Virus record (IMG/VR): IMGVR_UViG_2671180770_000001
Location: 1 to 7,873 of that record
DNA from: a virus
Lineage: Duplodnaviria; Heunggongvirae; Uroviricota; Caudoviricetes
Length of the DNA: 7,873 nt
Reading direction: 5' to 3' (one strand)
The notes under the pieces were generated by a model. The model saw only the letters and a program-made list of their open reading frames with translations, was not told where the DNA came from and did no database searches. A program made the position numbers and the translations under genes. Shown one piece after another: positions 5,768 to 7,873 of the stretch (position 1 is its first letter; the number at the start of each line of letters is the position of its first letter).

Positions 5768-5960
5768 CTCCTGCTCTCCGGTTCCATTTTTCAGCCGCCG
5801 CAGCAACTGATGGTGCCCATGCCCCCCTGGCTTCACAGAGGTCACATTCTGCATAGCCCCACACATCAATATTTATTCCGGCCTCAACCCACAGACGAGC
5901 ATTACCGCCGCAAAACGGACATTCTTTTAGCTTTGGCTGGGTTAATGATAGGTCGCTCAT
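5724..5960 (-). CDS. Lar-family restriction-alleviation-like zinc-ribbon protein, 78 aa
   Basis: Internal ATG at 5960 of track ORF 5724..6167, with AGGAG upstream. CPFCGG...C..C zinc-ribbon motif (KLKECPFCGGNARLWVEAGINIDVWGYAECDLCEARGAW). The 3' end overlaps the ninB start by 44 nt in another frame. Confidence 0.55.
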   Translation of the reverse strand: MSDLSLTQPKLKECPFCGGNARLWVEAGINIDVWGYAECDLCEARGAWAPSVAAAAEKWNRRAGDEASLSASQRSNQK

Positions 5961-5970
5961 GCTCGCTCCT

Positions 5971-6186
5971 TCACTTAAAATCCAGACTCCGGATAATTCT
6001 GTTGCGCTGAAACTCATTGTTGAGTTTGAACAACCGTCGAAGAACACGGTCACGCGGATAGCGTCGTGCGGCAGGTGAATGCTCATACAACTCATCAAGC
6101 GGCAAACTGGACGATGAACGATACCGATACCAACGCACCAACTCTTCACGAAAATTAGCCCTGACAAGCTCAGCTATCGTACTCAT
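5971..6186 (-). CDS. Hypothetical small Arg-rich protein, 71 aa
   Basis: ATG at 6186 with GGAGG 9 nt upstream; first gene after the tR2-like terminator, stop 10 nt before the Lar-like start. No family recognised. Confidence 0.5.
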   Translation of the reverse strand: MSTIAELVRANFREELVRWYRYRSSSSLPLDELYEHSPAARRYPRDRVLRRLFKLNNEFQRNRIIRSLDFK

Positions 6187-6212
6187 TTCTTAAAGCCTCC
6201 AATTACTCTTCC

Positions 6213-6246
6213 TCAAATAAAAAGGCCTGCGATTACCAGCAGGCCT
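6213..6246 (-). terminator. tR2-like rho-independent terminator downstream of ren
   Basis: Minus-sense AGGCCUGC-n8-GCAGGCCU (8-bp stem) followed by UUUUAUUUGAGG. Position between ren and the nin genes matches lambda tR2. Confidence 0.7.
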
Positions 6247-6271
6247 GTTACAAGCTCAGTGATGTAGATGG

Positions 6272-6562
6272 TCATCTTTTAACTCCATATACCGCCAATA
6301 CCCGTTTCATCGCGGCACTCTGGCGACACTCCTTAAAAATCAGGTTCGTGCTCACCTTTCCTTCCCGTTCTTCCCTGGTAGCAAACCGGTAATACACCGT
6401 TCGCCAGACCTTACCATCAATGACAAGGATTCCTGCCCGCGCCATTTTAGCCGCAGCCTGATTTATACTGGTTACGGTTGCGCCTGTTAGCGCGGCAACG
6501 TCCGGCGCACAGAAGCTATTATGCGTCCCCAGGTAATGAATAATTGCCTCTTTGCCCGTCAT
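6272..6562 (-). CDS. ren: Ren (Rex-exclusion escape protein), 96 aa
   Basis: Translation MTGKEAIIHYLGTHNSFCAPDVAALTGATVTSINQAAAKMARAGILVIDGKVWRTVYYRFATREEREGK... is near-identical to lambda Ren as I recall it. ATG overlaps the P stop (ATGA). Confidence 0.9.
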   Translation of the reverse strand: MTGKEAIIHYLGTHNSFCAPDVAALTGATVTSINQAAAKMARAGILVIDGKVWRTVYYRFATREEREGKVSTNLIFKECRQSAAMKRVLAVYGVKR

Positions 6563-7260
6563 ACACTTGCTCCTTTCAGTCCGAACTTAGCTTTAATTTC
6601 TGCGATCTTCGCCAGAGCCTGAACATGATTTAGAGGTCTGCCGCCCATGACAGGAAGTTGTTTTACTGGTTCAGGAATCACCTCACCACGGTTAATTCTC
6701 GCAGTCATATGGACAAGCTCATCTGCGGCCTTGCGCCGTAATTCCGCGTCAGTCAGCGCATTGGCCCGCATGTTCTGGTACAGGTTGGTAACCAGCCAGT
6801 AGTGCGCGTTCGATTTCCACGGATAAGACTCTGCATCCGGATACAGGCCTCGCTTCCGGCAATACTCGTAAACCATATCAACCAGCTCGCTGACGTTTGG
6901 CAGTCCGGCGATAACGGATGCTTCTTCCCGGCACCATGCAACAAACTGCCCGGGTGATGGAAGAAATGGTCGATTCTGCCGACGGGCTACGCGCATTCCT
7001 GCGTTAACCTGTTCCATCGAGGTGATCCCGTTTTCCCGGAAAGCCAGAACCCACTGGCGGCGGATTTCATTCAGTTCGTTCTGGTCCCGGTTAGCCAGAC
7101 TCGCCGGGAAAGTTGCCAGTAACTGGCTGAACACACCGTTGATGATCTGCGCTACCTGTTGTACCTGCGGCTTTTCGTCGTACTGTTCCGGCATGTTGTT
7201 GGTGATCCGACGCATCTGCTCACGGTCAAAGTTAACCATCTGTGCGGCGATGTTTTTCAT
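6559..7260 (-). CDS. P: Replication protein P (DnaB helicase loader), 233 aa
   Basis: Translation MKNIAAQMVNFDREQMRRITNNMPEQYDEKPQVQQVAQIINGVFSQLLATFPASLANRDQNE... is near-identical to lambda P. ATG overlaps the O stop (ATGA). Confidence 0.95.
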   Translation of the reverse strand: MKNIAAQMVNFDREQMRRITNNMPEQYDEKPQVQQVAQIINGVFSQLLATFPASLANRDQNELNEIRRQWVLAFRENGITSMEQVNAGMRVARRQNRPFLPSPGQFVAWCREEASVIAGLPNVSELVDMVYEYCRKRGLYPDAESYPWKSNAHYWLVTNLYQNMRANALTDAELRRKAADELVHMTARINRGEVIPEPVKQLPVMGGRPLNHVQALAKIAEIKAKFGLKGASV

Positions 7261-7873
7261 AAATCCACCCCGTAAATCCAGTCAGTGTTTGTCAGGTCGA
7301 GTTTTGGTTTTCCAGCTGTCACGCCAGCCTGTTGCTTGTTACGGTTGATTTCGAGTTGGGTCCACTTGTCGCGGAGTTTGGCCGGACTTAGCACGTTACC
7401 GGACCAGAAGTTGTCCTGGCATGCCCAGCAGAACAGCACGCACATGTCGCGGTGGTTACGTCCGTCACGTTCACGCATCAGGCGGATATCGTTAGCCCAC
7501 CCTGCAAAATTCGGTTTTCTGGCTGATGGTGCGATGGTCTTCACCATGTCAAACATCCACTCTGCGGCGGTCAGGTCTTCTGCTGTTCCCCACTTGCTGC
7601 CGCTCTGAATTGCAGCATCCGGTTTAACCACAGAAAGATCGTTTTCTGGCTGGTCAGAGGATTCGCCAGAATTCTCGGACGAATAATCTTTTCTTTTTTC
7701 TTTTGTAATAGTGTCTTTTGTGTCCCCCTGTTTTGAGGGATAGCAATCCCCTAATTTGAGGGATGTTTTATCCCTCGTTTTAGGGGGGGTTCCCTCGTTT
7801 TGAGGGATGTCCCTCATTTTAGGGGAACCTCCCTCGTTTTGAGGGATGCACCATTCTGAGATGTTTTTATTTG
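7257..7873 (-). CDS. O: Replication initiator O, C-terminal ~205 codons; N-terminus lies beyond the window end
   Basis: The frame is open from 7873 down to the TGA at 7257..7259. Translation ...NKNISEWCIPQNEGGSPKMRDIPQNEGTPPKTRDKTSLKLGDCYPSKQGDTKDTITKEKRKDYSSENSGESSDQPENDLSVVKPD...TNTDWIYGVDL matches lambda O and contains the ori-encoded segment. Confidence 0.93.
   Translation of the reverse strand, partial: NKNISEWCIPQNEGGSPKMRDIPQNEGTPPKTRDKTSLKLGDCYPSKQGDTKDTITKEKRKDYSSENSGESSDQPENDLSVVKPDAAIQSGSKWGTAEDLTAAEWMFDMVKTIAPSARKPNFAGWANDIRLMRERDGRNHRDMCVLFCWACQDNFWSGNVLSPAKLRDKWTQLEINRNKQQAGVTAGKPKLDLTNTDWIYGVDL
7680..7846. repeat. ori-lambda-type replication origin: six iterons plus adjacent AT-rich region, inside the O reading frame
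   Basis: Six copies of the palindromic iteron TCCCTC-n4/5-GAGGGA at 7723..7740, 7747..7763, 7771..7787, 7791..7807, 7810..7826 and 7830..7846, spaced 19 to 24 bp. Flanked by the AT-rich stretch cgaataatcttttcttttttcttttgtaatagtgtcttttg (7680..7720). Confidence 0.85.

Noticed and set aside
5206-6010. Plus-strand ORFs 5206..5415, 5388..5579, 5625..5810 and 5759..6010
   Set aside because: Antisense to ninB, the Lar-like gene and the 71-aa ORF; no start signals.
5724-6167. N-terminal 69 codons of track ORF 5724..6167
   Set aside because: The upstream portion overlaps the separately supported 71-aa ORF in a different frame; the zinc-ribbon protein most plausibly starts at the ATG at 5960, which has AGGAG upstream.
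6753-7608. ORFs 6753..6944 (-), 7022..7348 (+) and 7285..7608 (+)
   Set aside because: Nested in or antisense to the P and O genes, which are near-identical to lambda.
7723-7846. Repeat array considered as a possible CRISPR array
   Set aside because: The units are imperfect palindromic 17-18-bp iterons lying in frame within O, with no unique spacers and no leader or cas genes; this is a replication origin.
1-7873. Shiga toxin genes, integrase/attachment site, immunity region, lysis cassette
   Set aside because: None has a matching frame or signal in the window. The slot where stx would lie holds the TerB-like gene; the other modules must be outside this window.

Overview
The window is a contiguous slice of a lambda-like (lambdoid, Stx-phage-style) prophage, with every supported gene on the minus strand, transcribed right to left in lambda order. 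From high to low coordinates: the C-terminal part of replication initiator O with the embedded ori iteron array, P, ren, a tR2-like terminator, a small unknown ORF, a Lar-like zinc-ribbon protein, ninB, an orphan Dam-type methyltransferase, ninE, a structured and repeat-rich intergenic region, an ORF6N-domain protein bracketed by terminators, a Rha/KilAC antirepressor-like protein, ninG, a Q-family late antiterminator with a pR'-like promoter and tR'-like terminator, an HNH/AP2 homing-endonuclease gene, three tightly packed tRNA genes, a TerB-family gene, and the start of a small membrane protein that runs off the left edge. The lambda genes ninC, ninD, ninF, ninH and ninI are absent; no integrase, immunity region, lysis or stx genes are in the window. 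The best candidates for something undescribed are the TerB-plus-membrane-protein pair sitting in the cargo slot where Stx phages carry stx, and the ORF6N gene with its unusual upstream region. All protein calls rest on my reading of the translated ORFs and recollection of lambda proteins and domain motifs; no database search was run.
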